Below, one piece after another: positions 1 to 9,398 of a stretch of DNA of 64,000 nucleotides (positions are counted from its first letter, which is position 1; each line of letters begins with the position of its first letter). The translations under genes were made by a program, and so were the position numbers. This stretch comes from Candidatus Latescibacterota bacterium. Its GTDB lineage: Bacteria > Latescibacterota > UBA2968. The DNA lies in contig OZ242311.1 of assembly GCA_965207885.1 (NCBI GenBank), forward strand, positions 2,144,001 to 2,208,000, in the 5' to 3' direction. The notes beneath the pieces were generated by a model that saw only the letters and a list, made by a program, of their open reading frames with translations, was not told where the DNA came from and made no database searches.

Positions 1-1
1 T

Positions 2-841
2 CATCCCGAGACCAATGGCATGATCGAATATTTTGTGCGTCCTATGGGCGGTACGCGCGCCGATTTTGGGCGTACTGAGATCGAGACATTTCGGCAACGA
101 CAATCCATGGACTTTCGCGCCAAACCCGCAGCTGTTGTCGATGACGCGCTCTCAGAGGGGTCGCTTGACTTGTTATCCGACTGTTTGCGTGCAGCAACCG
201 TCGCAGGTGGTTCCTTCAAATTTACGCTTACCAGCCCCTATATGCTTGCCCGCACCTTGCTTGATAACTACTACGGAGATTTTGAAGCCCTGCTCATGGG
301 GGTGGCCGATGTGTTGGCCGATCAGGTGCGCGGTCTGCCATGCGCCTGTGTACAGGTCGATGAAGCCAATATTCCGGGTAATCCCGAGGACGGGCCTATC
401 GCAGCGAAGGCGATTAATAGGGTGCTCGACGCGGTTGATCCCGATACTGAGAAAGCTGTTCACTTTTGTTTTGGAAATTACGGTGGGCAAACCATCCAGA
501 GTGGCACATGGCGCGCGCTTATTGATTTCCTCAACGATCTGCACACCGATCACCTCGTGCTCGAACTGGCCCATCGCCCGAATGATGATCTGGTTGCTCT
601 GAAAGAAATTGATCCGCGCATCAAACTGGGCATCGGCGTGGTTGACATCAAAATCAATCACGTTGAAACCGCCGAACAGATTGCCCGGCGCCTCGATCAC
701 GCCGAAAAAGAACTCGGCCCGGGACGCATCGCATTTATTCATCCTGATTGCGGGTTCTGGATGCTCAAACGCTCGGTGGCAGATCAGAAAATCGCAGCCC
801 TCGCGCAAGGCAGAGATCTTTATTTGGGAAGTGTGAAGTGA
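2..841 (+). CDS. Cobalamin-independent methionine synthase II family protein (5'-truncated by window edge)
   Basis: Frame open from window start. Motifs VQVDE, HFCFGN (HxC), LELA and HPDCG match the Zn-binding MetE C-terminal domain. Confidence 0.85.
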   Translation, partial: HPETNGMIEYFVRPMGGTRADFGRTEIETFRQRQSMDFRAKPAAVVDDALSEGSLDLLSDCLRAATVAGGSFKFTLTSPYMLARTLLDNYYGDFEALLMGVADVLADQVRGLPCACVQVDEANIPGNPEDGPIAAKAINRVLDAVDPDTEKAVHFCFGNYGGQTIQSGTWRALIDFLNDLHTDHLVLELAHRPNDDLVALKEIDPRIKLGIGVVDIKINHVETAEQIARRLDHAEKELGPGRIAFIHPDCGFWMLKRSVADQKIAALAQGRDLYLGSVK

Positions 842-878
842 GAAGATCGGTAGTAGTATTCCGTCCTATAATTTTACC

Positions 879-3800
879 ATGCGATATATTTATATATTTT
901 TTTTTAGTTTTCTGATCTCGGAAGCGGGTGTTTTCGCCCAGACACGCGGTGCGATTGTCACCATTGCCGGTGGTGGTCTGGAAGATGGCGATAATGTGCT
1001 GGCAACGGATGTTGTGCTCAACCGTCCGCTGGGAATTGCGCTCGATACACGGGGAAATCTCTATATTGCGGATACGGATAATCACCGCATTCGACGGGTG
1101 GATGCGATAACGGGTATCATCACTACGGTCGCGGGTACTGGGGAGCCGGGATTTTCGGGCGATGGCGGGCCAGCGACAATGGCATTGCTCAATACTCCCA
1201 ATGCCATTGCGGTCGATAGCGCGGGCAATATTTATATCAGTAGCGGTGGCGCGAGTGAAAGTGATGTTCACAATCGACGCATTCGGCGCATCGATGCTTT
1301 CGGTATCATCACTACGGTTGCGGGTACGGGCGAAGGTGGTTTCAATGATCAGGTGGTGCCCGCACTACAAGCCACGTTCCACGAAATTGTCGCACTGACG
1401 ATGTTGGGCGATGTGGCTCTTTTAATCTCCGATAGCCTCGATGAGAATGGACAGGGCAACAACCGCGTGCGGCAATTTAATCTGGCGAATAATACCGTAG
1501 GCACAATCGCAGGCAATGGTAGTGCCCAGGCGTCGAATATTCAGGATGGGAGATTGGCAACTCGAGCGGGTTTAACCCCTGGGCAATTGGCTGTGACAGG
1601 TCTGGGCGATCTTTTGATTGCCGATTTTAACAATGGACGCATTCGGCGCGTCAGCAGGGCCATACAAGACACAACCGTCGTTGCCGTGATCAATACCGTA
1701 GCCGGACGGGGAGCGACCCCTGCTGAAGAACTGTCAGAAGATCTCTACAAGGGCGATGGTGGGCCAGCGACAGGTGCTTTATTTTTTTCTCCTTCGGGCG
1801 TTGCTGTCGATGAAGCTGGCAATATCTATATCGGCGATACGGGCAATAATCGCATTCGCGTGGTTGAAACGGAAACGGGCAATGTATTGACTATCGCGGG
1901 AACGGGTGTTGCAGGCGAGGGGCCTGAAGGTACACTCGGTCTTCTGTCTGATCTCGGACAGCCCACACATTTGCTGATTGATGGCGATGGGGACCTCATC
2001 TTTATCGATTCTTTAAACAATCGCATCCGCAAACTGCGCGATCCTGGGTTCCGAATGCCTCTTTTCAACGCCATCTCCACGGATGTCATCTTTGGTAGAG
2101 TTAGCGTTGGCGATCCGGCGGTGCGCCATTTGCGCGTTGAAAATCGAGGCAATTTGCCCGTTCGTATTGAAACAGCTATTTCCGATAACCCCGGGTTTCG
2201 CGTTTTGTCGGAATTGCCCTTCGAAGTCGGCATCGCACAAATCGCTGAACTTGAGATTGTATTTGATCCTGTACAAACAGGCGTGGCAAGAGGTGTTATC
2301 ACTATTACCACCAATGACTCGCGCACACCTTCTGCCACGGTCAATGTGCAGGGATGGGGAGATGCCGCCAATATCGGACTTTTTCCATCCGATGTTTTAA
2401 TTTTTGATCGCACCTCTATTGGACAATCTCAAACCTTGTCGGTACGCATTTCCAACCTCGGTGCTGGCGTGCTGGTCGTTCCCAATGCTACTACGACCGA
2501 CTCGCAATTTGTTGTCGAACAAACCGATGTCCTCCGCATTGAGTCCGGACAAAGCCAGCGACTTCCCATTATTTTCCGCCCGCAGTCCGAAGATCTCCAA
2601 CAAGCCGTGTTGACCATTTTTAGCAATGCGCCAGGAACTCCTGCTGTTAGACTTCAATTACAGGGCATTGGGCAAAGTGCCCAGCCCGGCGGATTTGTCG
2701 ATGTGTCACCCAACATGGATTTGGGGGATACAGGTGCGGGATTTGGTGCGGCCTGGGCAGATTTTGACAACGATAATGATCCCGATTTCTATCTCGTACG
2801 CAGCAGAGAACCCAATCGCTTATATCGCAACGACGGTACGGGGTTCACAGATATCGCGCCAGCACTGGGTATTGGCGATTCCGGCGATGGTAGCGCGGGG
2901 ATATGGGGGGATGTGGATGGCGATGGGGATCTCGATCTTTATGTCACCAACTTTGGCGAATCCAATCGCTTATATCGCAATGACGGTGCGGGATTCACAG
3001 ATATTGCAACCATTTTTGGGGTTGACGACTCCGGGGATGGGTATGGCGCGGCCTGGGCAGATTATGACCGCGATGGGGATCTCGACCTCTATGTCGCTAA
3101 TTTTGGCGCGAACCGCTTTTACCAGAACGATGGCAATGGTTTTTCCGAGCGTGCCGATAGTCTGGGCATAGGCGATATAGAGAGTGGGATTCAACCTGCC
3201 TGGGGCGATTTCGACAATGATGGGGATCCCGATTTGTTTTTGGCGAATAGCGGGCCCAACCGCCTTTTTCGAAATGATGGCGAGCAATTCACATCCGTAG
3301 AAAATGTTTTTAGCCCGGTTGATACCGGGCCGAGTTTTGGCGCGACGTGGGGCGATTTCGACAACGATGGAGACCTCGATCTGTTTATCCCCTATTTTGG
3401 TGCGGATAATAGATTCTATATAAACGAAGACAATGGCGTGTTCAGAGATCGCGCGCCGGAAATGATGCTCGATCACGACGGACGAAGCAGAGGTGCGGTG
3501 TGGGGCGATTTTGACAATGATGGGGATCTCGATCTGTATGTGACCAATAGCGATCAGCCCAATTTGTACTACCAAAATGAGGATGGGCTTTTTGTAGAGA
3601 TGTCCGATTCTTTGGGCGTTGCTCTGAATGCCGATAGCCGCGGTGTTGCCCTTGCCGATTTCGACAACGATGGGAAACTCGATTTGTATGTCGCAGTGCA
3701 GGATGGTCCCGATGCTCTTTTTCGCAATCGCGAAGCTGATGGCAATTGGATCGCAATTCGGCTTCGCGGGACAGATAGCAGCACCGATGCGATTGGCACG

Positions 3801-5579
3801 CGCCTCAAAATTGAGTTCAAAGATGGGGATGGCAATAATCGCCAGGCCATTCGAGAAGTTACAGGAGGTGCTTCCTTTTTATCGCAGGATGCGCTCTTGC
3901 CCACATTTGGCGTGGGCAAAGCCGAAAAAATCGAAGTGCTCTCCCTGCGCTGGCCCAGTGGTATTGTGCAGCAATTTCGCAGTGATAGAGACAATTTATC
4001 GGTCAATCGCGTTATAGATATTACCGAACGACCGTCCTTGCCCCCTGCTCGCGTTCTTTTGTTTGCAGACGCGGCCAATTTGCTGGCCAATGGTATCTCC
4101 GAAATTGAACTCACCGCACAGATCGTCACGATAGACAACAGGCCTTTGCCCACCAGCGACCGGGCGGTTATATTTCGCATTGAGAGCGGTAGTGGTCTCA
4201 TTATTTCTTCTGGGAAGTCAGAAGCCGCAGGCGGAGATTCCGTCGCGGTGCGCGATGGCGTGGCGTATGCGCGTTTTCGAGCAGGGCAAGATCAGGGGCG
4301 CGTTGTCATCGTTGCAGAAAGTGCTGGCCTGGAATCCGGACGCGTTGAGATAGAACTCATCAAACCTTTCGCAGAGGATGCCCTGACTATGCGTACTATC
4401 GCCGGTTCGGGCGATGAGGGCGGTGGATTTGAAGGCGATGGCGGCGCAGCTATTGAGGCACTTCTTCAGCGACCACAAGGTGTATTGGTCGATCCGTCGG
4501 GCAATATTTATATTGCGGATACAGCAAATCACCGCATTCGCTCCGTGAGTGTGGAAACAGGTATTATCCAGACCATTGCAGGGACAGGAGTAGCGGAAGA
4601 TCTCGATGCGCCTCGAGGTATGGTTCTTCAAGGCGATTTGTTGATCAGCCAGATGGGCAATCACGTTGTGAGCACGGTGCAAGATGAGATATTGTTCGCC
4701 TTTGCCGGAATCGGCATCGGTCAGTTTGGAGGCGATGGGGGGCGTGCTTTGGACGCCAATTTAAGAAGTCCCGCAGGGCTTGCCATTGACTCGCGTGGGA
4801 ATGTCTATATCGCCGATACGGATAATCACCGCATTCGCAAAGTCGATGCCAATGGCATTATCACGACGGTTGTGGGTAGCGGCGACCCCGATCAGGGCGC
4901 ATTTTTTGGCGATGGCGGGGTGGGCACACAGGCGCGCCTAAATCGCCCCAGTGCGATTGCCATTGACTCGCGTGGGAATATCTATATCGCGGATACGGAT
5001 AATCACCGCATCCGCAAAGTCGATGCCCGCGGTGTTATTGCGACTATTGCGGGAATGGGACAGAACGGATTTGCAGGCGATGGCGGTGCGGGCACGCAGG
5101 CGCAACTCAATGCTCCGCAGGGGATTGCCGTTGATGAACGGGGATATCTTTTTATTGCCGATACGAATAATCACCGCATTCGCTTGCTCGATTTGGACAG
5201 CGGTCTGATCCAGACTGTCGCGGGTACGGAAGTGGGGCAACTCGATTTCGAAGAAGGTGGTGCCCTCGCCATAAGTCTCAATGCCCCGCAGGGTTTGGCT
5301 CTTAGTCCAACGGGCACCCTGTTAATTGCGGATACGGCAAATCACAGAATACGAGAACTGTCAGTTCTATTTGATTTGGCTTTTGCATTGCCTGCTGTTC
5401 CACAGGCAAAATCCTTCGATTTCAATGCCGATGGTCGGTTCGATTTCGATGATTTTCGTATCTTTGCCAGTGCTTTTGATTCTGGTGATACGCGCTTTGA
5501 CCTCAATGCCGATGGTCGGATTGGTTTCGGCGATTTTCTGCACTTTGCCAGGGTTTATGAAGTGAGAAGTGTAAAGTGA
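879..5579 (+). CDS. Large secreted repeat protein: NHL repeats, two Ig-like (choice-of-anchor D/ASH-type) domains, FG-GAP/VCBS repeats, ASPIC/UnbV, Ig-like domain, NHL repeats, C-terminal EF-hand/dockerin-like pair
   Basis: Signal peptide; repeated GNIYIADTxNHRIR (NHL); WGDFDNDGDLDLYV (FG-GAP); REVTGGASFLSQ..FGVG..RWPSG (UnbV); DFNADG..FxDF twice at the C-terminus. Confidence 0.88.
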   Translation: MRYIYIFFFSFLISEAGVFAQTRGAIVTIAGGGLEDGDNVLATDVVLNRPLGIALDTRGNLYIADTDNHRIRRVDAITGIITTVAGTGEPGFSGDGGPATMALLNTPNAIAVDSAGNIYISSGGASESDVHNRRIRRIDAFGIITTVAGTGEGGFNDQVVPALQATFHEIVALTMLGDVALLISDSLDENGQGNNRVRQFNLANNTVGTIAGNGSAQASNIQDGRLATRAGLTPGQLAVTGLGDLLIADFNNGRIRRVSRAIQDTTVVAVINTVAGRGATPAEELSEDLYKGDGGPATGALFFSPSGVAVDEAGNIYIGDTGNNRIRVVETETGNVLTIAGTGVAGEGPEGTLGLLSDLGQPTHLLIDGDGDLIFIDSLNNRIRKLRDPGFRMPLFNAISTDVIFGRVSVGDPAVRHLRVENRGNLPVRIETAISDNPGFRVLSELPFEVGIAQIAELEIVFDPVQTGVARGVITITTNDSRTPSATVNVQGWGDAANIGLFPSDVLIFDRTSIGQSQTLSVRISNLGAGVLVVPNATTTDSQFVVEQTDVLRIESGQSQRLPIIFRPQSEDLQQAVLTIFSNAPGTPAVRLQLQGIGQSAQPGGFVDVSPNMDLGDTGAGFGAAWADFDNDNDPDFYLVRSREPNRLYRNDGTGFTDIAPALGIGDSGDGSAGIWGDVDGDGDLDLYVTNFGESNRLYRNDGAGFTDIATIFGVDDSGDGYGAAWADYDRDGDLDLYVANFGANRFYQNDGNGFSERADSLGIGDIESGIQPAWGDFDNDGDPDLFLANSGPNRLFRNDGEQFTSVENVFSPVDTGPSFGATWGDFDNDGDLDLFIPYFGADNRFYINEDNGVFRDRAPEMMLDHDGRSRGAVWGDFDNDGDLDLYVTNSDQPNLYYQNEDGLFVEMSDSLGVALNADSRGVALADFDNDGKLDLYVAVQDGPDALFRNREADGNWIAIRLRGTDSSTDAIGTRLKIEFKDGDGNNRQAIREVTGGASFLSQDALLPTFGVGKAEKIEVLSLRWPSGIVQQFRSDRDNLSVNRVIDITERPSLPPARVLLFADAANLLANGISEIELTAQIVTIDNRPLPTSDRAVIFRIESGSGLIISSGKSEAAGGDSVAVRDGVAYARFRAGQDQGRVVIVAESAGLESGRVEIELIKPFAEDALTMRTIAGSGDEGGGFEGDGGAAIEALLQRPQGVLVDPSGNIYIADTANHRIRSVSVETGIIQTIAGTGVAEDLDAPRGMVLQGDLLISQMGNHVVSTVQDEILFAFAGIGIGQFGGDGGRALDANLRSPAGLAIDSRGNVYIADTDNHRIRKVDANGIITTVVGSGDPDQGAFFGDGGVGTQARLNRPSAIAIDSRGNIYIADTDNHRIRKVDARGVIATIAGMGQNGFAGDGGAGTQAQLNAPQGIAVDERGYLFIADTNNHRIRLLDLDSGLIQTVAGTEVGQLDFEEGGALAISLNAPQGLALSPTGTLLIADTANHRIRELSVLFDLAFALPAVPQAKSFDFNADGRFDFDDFRIFASAFDSGDTRFDLNADGRIGFGDFLHFARVYEVRSVK

Positions 5580-5585
5580 GATGCC

Positions 5586-6200
5586 ATGATCGCACTGCCA
5601 ACTCTTCAAAATATCAATCAGGCTGCCGATATTATTAAAAACGGCGGCCTGATTGCCTATCCGACCGAGACTGTGTATGGTCTGGGGGCAGATCCCTATA
5701 ATGCTGAGGCTATTCAGAAAATTTTCACTGCCAAAGGACGTGCGGAGGATAAGGGGATTATTCTCTTGATTCGCGGTGCAGATGATTTTTCAACGCTTGT
5801 CCGCACTGTATCTCCGACAGCTCAAATACTTATCGAGGCATTTTGGCCAGGACCGCTTACCCTTGTTTTTCGCGCCAATCGCAATCTTTCTCCCGCCTTG
5901 CTCGGCGGACGCGATACGGTGGCTCTCCGCCATTCGAGTTCGCCCATTGCCACCCAATTGCTCACTGCACTTGGTGGTCCCCTCACGAGTACGAGTGCCA
6001 ATCGTTCTACAGAGCCTCCGGCGCGTTCGGCTTATGAGGTGGAAAATGCGCTAGGCGAGCATCTGGATCTCATTCTCGACGGTGGGCCTTCCGGCAGTAC
6101 TCTCCCTTCCACGCTTGTCGATGTTTCCGCCGACCGCGCAATTCTCCTGCGCGAAGGTGCTATTCCTGCCCAAAAACTCAGGGCGCATATTCACCTCTAA
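5586..6200 (+). CDS. tsaC: L-threonylcarbamoyladenylate synthase (Sua5/YrdC)
   Basis: PTETVYGL, KGR, FWPGPLT, STSANRS, STLVD and LREGAI motifs. Confidence 0.93.
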   Translation: MIALPTLQNINQAADIIKNGGLIAYPTETVYGLGADPYNAEAIQKIFTAKGRAEDKGIILLIRGADDFSTLVRTVSPTAQILIEAFWPGPLTLVFRANRNLSPALLGGRDTVALRHSSSPIATQLLTALGGPLTSTSANRSTEPPARSAYEVENALGEHLDLILDGGPSGSTLPSTLVDVSADRAILLREGAIPAQKLRAHIHL

Positions 6201-6228
6201 GAAGCTGTTTTAAATTTAATGAAAGGGC

Positions 6229-6317
6229 GTCATGCTGAGCGGAGTGAAACGGAGCCGAAGCATCTGTTTCACCTGCGTCAGTAGTAGATTTTTCGACTCC
6301 GCTGCGCTAAAAATGAC
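6229..6317. repeat. REP-like imperfect palindromic element
   Basis: GTCATGCTGAGCGGAG..CGAAGCATCT is inverted against AGATTTTTCG..CTCCGCT..AAAATGAC; resembles the widespread GTCATxCTGAGC..AGAATGAC intergenic repeat class. Confidence 0.65.
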
Positions 6318-6519
6318 AGGCCCGTTATCTTGTGCAGATGTGTAACATCAGTGAAAAAAACGGAAACTGGGACAAATTTGCGGGGTTGACATCTTAAGAA
6401 CAAACTATACTTTTCTGAGGACTTACTATCAGCAGGGCTTGCTTCTTATATTAAGATGGGAATTGTGATTGGCAACTCTCTGATAGATCCCGCCGCGAAC
6501 AATAAAGGAGAATTCGCAG

Positions 6520-7992
6520 ATGAAAAAGATCCTATTATTCAACCTCATATTCTTACTGGTTCTATTTATACAGGACAGCCGCAGCGCAGGAACGCTGTCT
6601 GACGACGTGCTGAACCTGGAGGGTCATTATCGGACGTGGCATGTCCCCAATGGTGTAATCGCACGTCTGGGAAAAGGAACACTTGGGGGAATCGACAGGC
6701 CGATAGCATTCTCGCCAGATGGTCAATATCTCGCTGTGGCAAGTGACATCGGCATCTGGCTTTATGATGTGGCGACGTCTCGTGAGCGCGCGTTGATACC
6801 CACGACGAGTTCTATCAGATCGGTGTCATTTTCACCCGATGGGACGCTGTTGGCCTCCGGGTCATTTGATAACGCGGTGAAGCTATGGGATGTGAGCACG
6901 GGTCAGGAGAGAGCCACTTTCACAGGGCATACGGCTTGGGTCTTATCCGTGTCATTTTCACCTGATGGGACGCTGTTGGCATCAGGGTCATCGGATGACA
7001 CAGTGAAGCTATGGGATGTGAGCACGGGTCAGGAGAGAGCTACTCTCACAGGGCATACGAGTAGTGTCTTATCCGTGTCATTTTCACCTGATGGGACGCT
7101 GTTGGCATCAGGGTCAGGGGATGACACGGTAAGACTGTGGGATGTGAGCACGGATCAGGAGAGAGCTACTCTCACAGGGCATATGCATGCGGTCAATTCC
7201 GTGTCATTTTCACCTGATGGGACGCTGTTGGCCTCCTGGTCATCGGATGACACAGTGAAGCTATGGGATGTGAGCACGGGTCAGGAGAGAGCTACTCTCA
7301 CAGGGCATATGCGTGCGGTCTATTCCGTGTCATTTTCGCCCGATGGGACGGTGTTGGCATCAGGGTCAGATGATAACACAGTGAAGCTATGGGATGTGAG
7401 CACGGGTCAGATGAGAGCCACCCTCACAGGGCATATGCGTGCGGTCTATTCCGTGTCATTTTCGCCCGATGGGACGGTGTTGGCATCAGGATCATCGGAT
7501 GACACGGTGAAGCTGTGGGATGTGGGCACGGGTCAGGAGAGAGCCACCCTCAAAGGGCATACGGATCGGGTCAATTCCGTGTCATTTTCACCTGATGGGA
7601 TGCTATTGGCATCAGGGTCATGGTTAAGGGATGACACAGTGAAGCTATGGGATGTGAGCACGGGTCAGGAGAGAGCCACCCTTACAGGGTATACGAATGG
7701 CGTCAATTCCGTGTCATTTTCACCTGATGGGGCGCTATTGGCATCAGGGTCATGGGATGGCACGGTTCTGCTGTGGGATATGTCGCCGTATGGCACAGTT
7801 CAACCGCAAACTCCCAATCCCGACTTTGATAGCGATGGGACTGTTGGTTTTGGCGATTTTTTGCAGTTTGTAGCACTATTTGGATTAAGTCGTGGCGATG
7901 CGGGATATGATGCGCGGTACGATCTGGACGGAGATGGCACCATTGGATTTTCTGATTTTCTGATCTTTGCCAGTGCCTTTGGGGAAAACTAA
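6520..7992 (+). CDS. Secreted WD40 beta-propeller protein with C-terminal EF-hand/dockerin-like domain
   Basis: RBS AAGGAG; signal peptide; eight GH..V.SVSFSPDG..LASGS.D.TVKLWD repeats; tail DFDSDGTVGFGDFL..DLDGDGTIGFSDFL. Confidence 0.93.
   Translation: MKKILLFNLIFLLVLFIQDSRSAGTLSDDVLNLEGHYRTWHVPNGVIARLGKGTLGGIDRPIAFSPDGQYLAVASDIGIWLYDVATSRERALIPTTSSIRSVSFSPDGTLLASGSFDNAVKLWDVSTGQERATFTGHTAWVLSVSFSPDGTLLASGSSDDTVKLWDVSTGQERATLTGHTSSVLSVSFSPDGTLLASGSGDDTVRLWDVSTDQERATLTGHMHAVNSVSFSPDGTLLASWSSDDTVKLWDVSTGQERATLTGHMRAVYSVSFSPDGTVLASGSDDNTVKLWDVSTGQMRATLTGHMRAVYSVSFSPDGTVLASGSSDDTVKLWDVGTGQERATLKGHTDRVNSVSFSPDGMLLASGSWLRDDTVKLWDVSTGQERATLTGYTNGVNSVSFSPDGALLASGSWDGTVLLWDMSPYGTVQPQTPNPDFDSDGTVGFGDFLQFVALFGLSRGDAGYDARYDLDGDGTIGFSDFLIFASAFGEN
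6800..7782 (+). repeat. Intragenic tandem repeat, ~126-bp unit x8
   Basis: Near-identical DNA units gtgtcattttcacctgatgggacg..ctatgggatgtgagcacgggtcaggagagagc. Confidence 0.95.
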
Positions 7993-8035
7993 ATAATCAG
8001 GTAAAATGTGGAGATCACAAATTTGCTGAGATTTG

Positions 8036-8067
8036 AAAAGCCGATCTGTTTTCAGGTCGGCTTTTTT
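8036..8067. terminator. Bidirectional intrinsic terminator
   Basis: AAAAGCCGATCTG-tttt-CAGGTCGGCTTTTTT between convergent genes. Confidence 0.85.
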
Positions 8068-8098
8068 ATTTCAGAGTCTTTCTCAAGTTCTCTAAAAA

Positions 8099-9298
8099 TT
8101 AAAATGAGACATTGCTCATCACATACGCCCAGTGCATGTTCTCATTCAATCGGCCCAGCGCCTTGATGGCATCTCGCGCCAGGGCAATTGTATAACCGGT
8201 CATAAAGGTTACATTTTCGCTGTATTGATATGATAGTGTCAAATCGAGTTCATCTGCCAGATGCCCCGATTCCATATTGCCTTTTTGGGCGAGGAAGAAC
8301 ACATGTCCGTCCGCTGCCAAGCGCAACTGCTCTGCCTCATCCAGCGGTACGGATACTTTTATCGCAAAGTCCTGAAGGCCGAGATTTTGGGTGTGGACGG
8401 GAATATTGAGAAATAAATCGGCAAATCCGTAGTATTTGTGATTGGTTGCAAAGAGCGTATCAAATGATTTCCATTTGCTGTCTTTCTCATTGCCATCGCC
8501 AGATAAATAATCATACCACAGGGTCAGGCTACCTTTGCCCAGTGTTGTGCCCAGTCTGCCTCCAAACATAAACGCCGAGCCATTCGGCCCACGCCGTTCG
8601 CCTGTTTGGAAAGAGCCTTCGGCGCGGTAGGTCCAGTTTGCCTTTTCGCCGTAAATGCGCGCGCCGAGTGTCCATAGCCGCGTATTATCACTTCTGTTGA
8701 AGCCTTTGGGGGATACGTGATGGTAGATGCCGTAAAAATCCGCGGATGTGCTCGTTCTGGTTACAGTAGCATACACAGCAGCGAGATAGGCATTGCCGTT
8801 TATCTCTTTGGCTGTGGTATCGGATAGGCGAACGCCAACGCCTTGAACTGTGCCCCATTGGGGTCTGGCGGTTGCGATAATACCGTCGAAGGCACGCCCT
8901 TGTTGTGCCCATTCGACTGCGCCGATTATCCGCTGTCCGCCGAGTCCTATCGCCTGTCGTCCAATGCGGAGAGATAGGGCCGATCCGCCCATATCTTTGA
9001 TATCCATATACGCCTGGTGAAAGTCGAAATTGTCGGCATTATAATCGGTGAAGGTATTGCTTTCTTCGCCCCACAACCGCACATCCTGTAACTGGATAAA
9101 AACATTCACATCTTGATCTAAATTCGCTGTGATATTCAGTCGAGTACGCATAGATGTGAATACGTCGTGCCCATTGCCAACGGGATCTCGAAATTCCGTG
9201 CGAGGCCGAACTTGCCCTCCAAACTCGATATCTGTGGCTTCAATACCACTTGCTATAACGACAATTATCGCTATACCAACCAACCATCTCGATAGCAT
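8099..9298 (-). CDS. Alginate export (AlgE-like) family outer-membrane beta-barrel
   Basis: Signal peptide; GQVRPRTE, FIQLQD, LRIGRQ..G.QR.IG..W.Q.GRAFDG, YDYLSGD, THNHKYYG-like ATNHKYYGFAD; C-terminal Phe. Confidence 0.8.
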   Translation of the reverse strand: MLSRWLVGIAIIVVIASGIEATDIEFGGQVRPRTEFRDPVGNGHDVFTSMRTRLNITANLDQDVNVFIQLQDVRLWGEESNTFTDYNADNFDFHQAYMDIKDMGGSALSLRIGRQAIGLGGQRIIGAVEWAQQGRAFDGIIATARPQWGTVQGVGVRLSDTTAKEINGNAYLAAVYATVTRTSTSADFYGIYHHVSPKGFNRSDNTRLWTLGARIYGEKANWTYRAEGSFQTGERRGPNGSAFMFGGRLGTTLGKGSLTLWYDYLSGDGNEKDSKWKSFDTLFATNHKYYGFADLFLNIPVHTQNLGLQDFAIKVSVPLDEAEQLRLAADGHVFFLAQKGNMESGHLADELDLTLSYQYSENVTFMTGYTIALARDAIKALGRLNENMHWAYVMSNVSF

Positions 9299-9398
9299 AC
9301 CAGCCTCCTGGATACAAATTTTTCAAATAGAGGTCACGCCAAGTATAATATACTACAAAATTTTAGACAATATCAGCTATAAAAAAGCAATCCGCTTA

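Noticed and set aside
6386-6411. Sigma70 promoter TTGACA..TATACT upstream of the WD40 gene
   Set aside because: Spacer is only 14 nt; other TTGAC words (42039, 50981, 56301) also lack a good -10, so none is asserted.
6800-7782. WD40 array as a CRISPR array or DGR target
   Set aside because: Repeats are 126-bp in-frame coding units with no spacers; no cas or reverse transcriptase gene and no template repeat is in the window.
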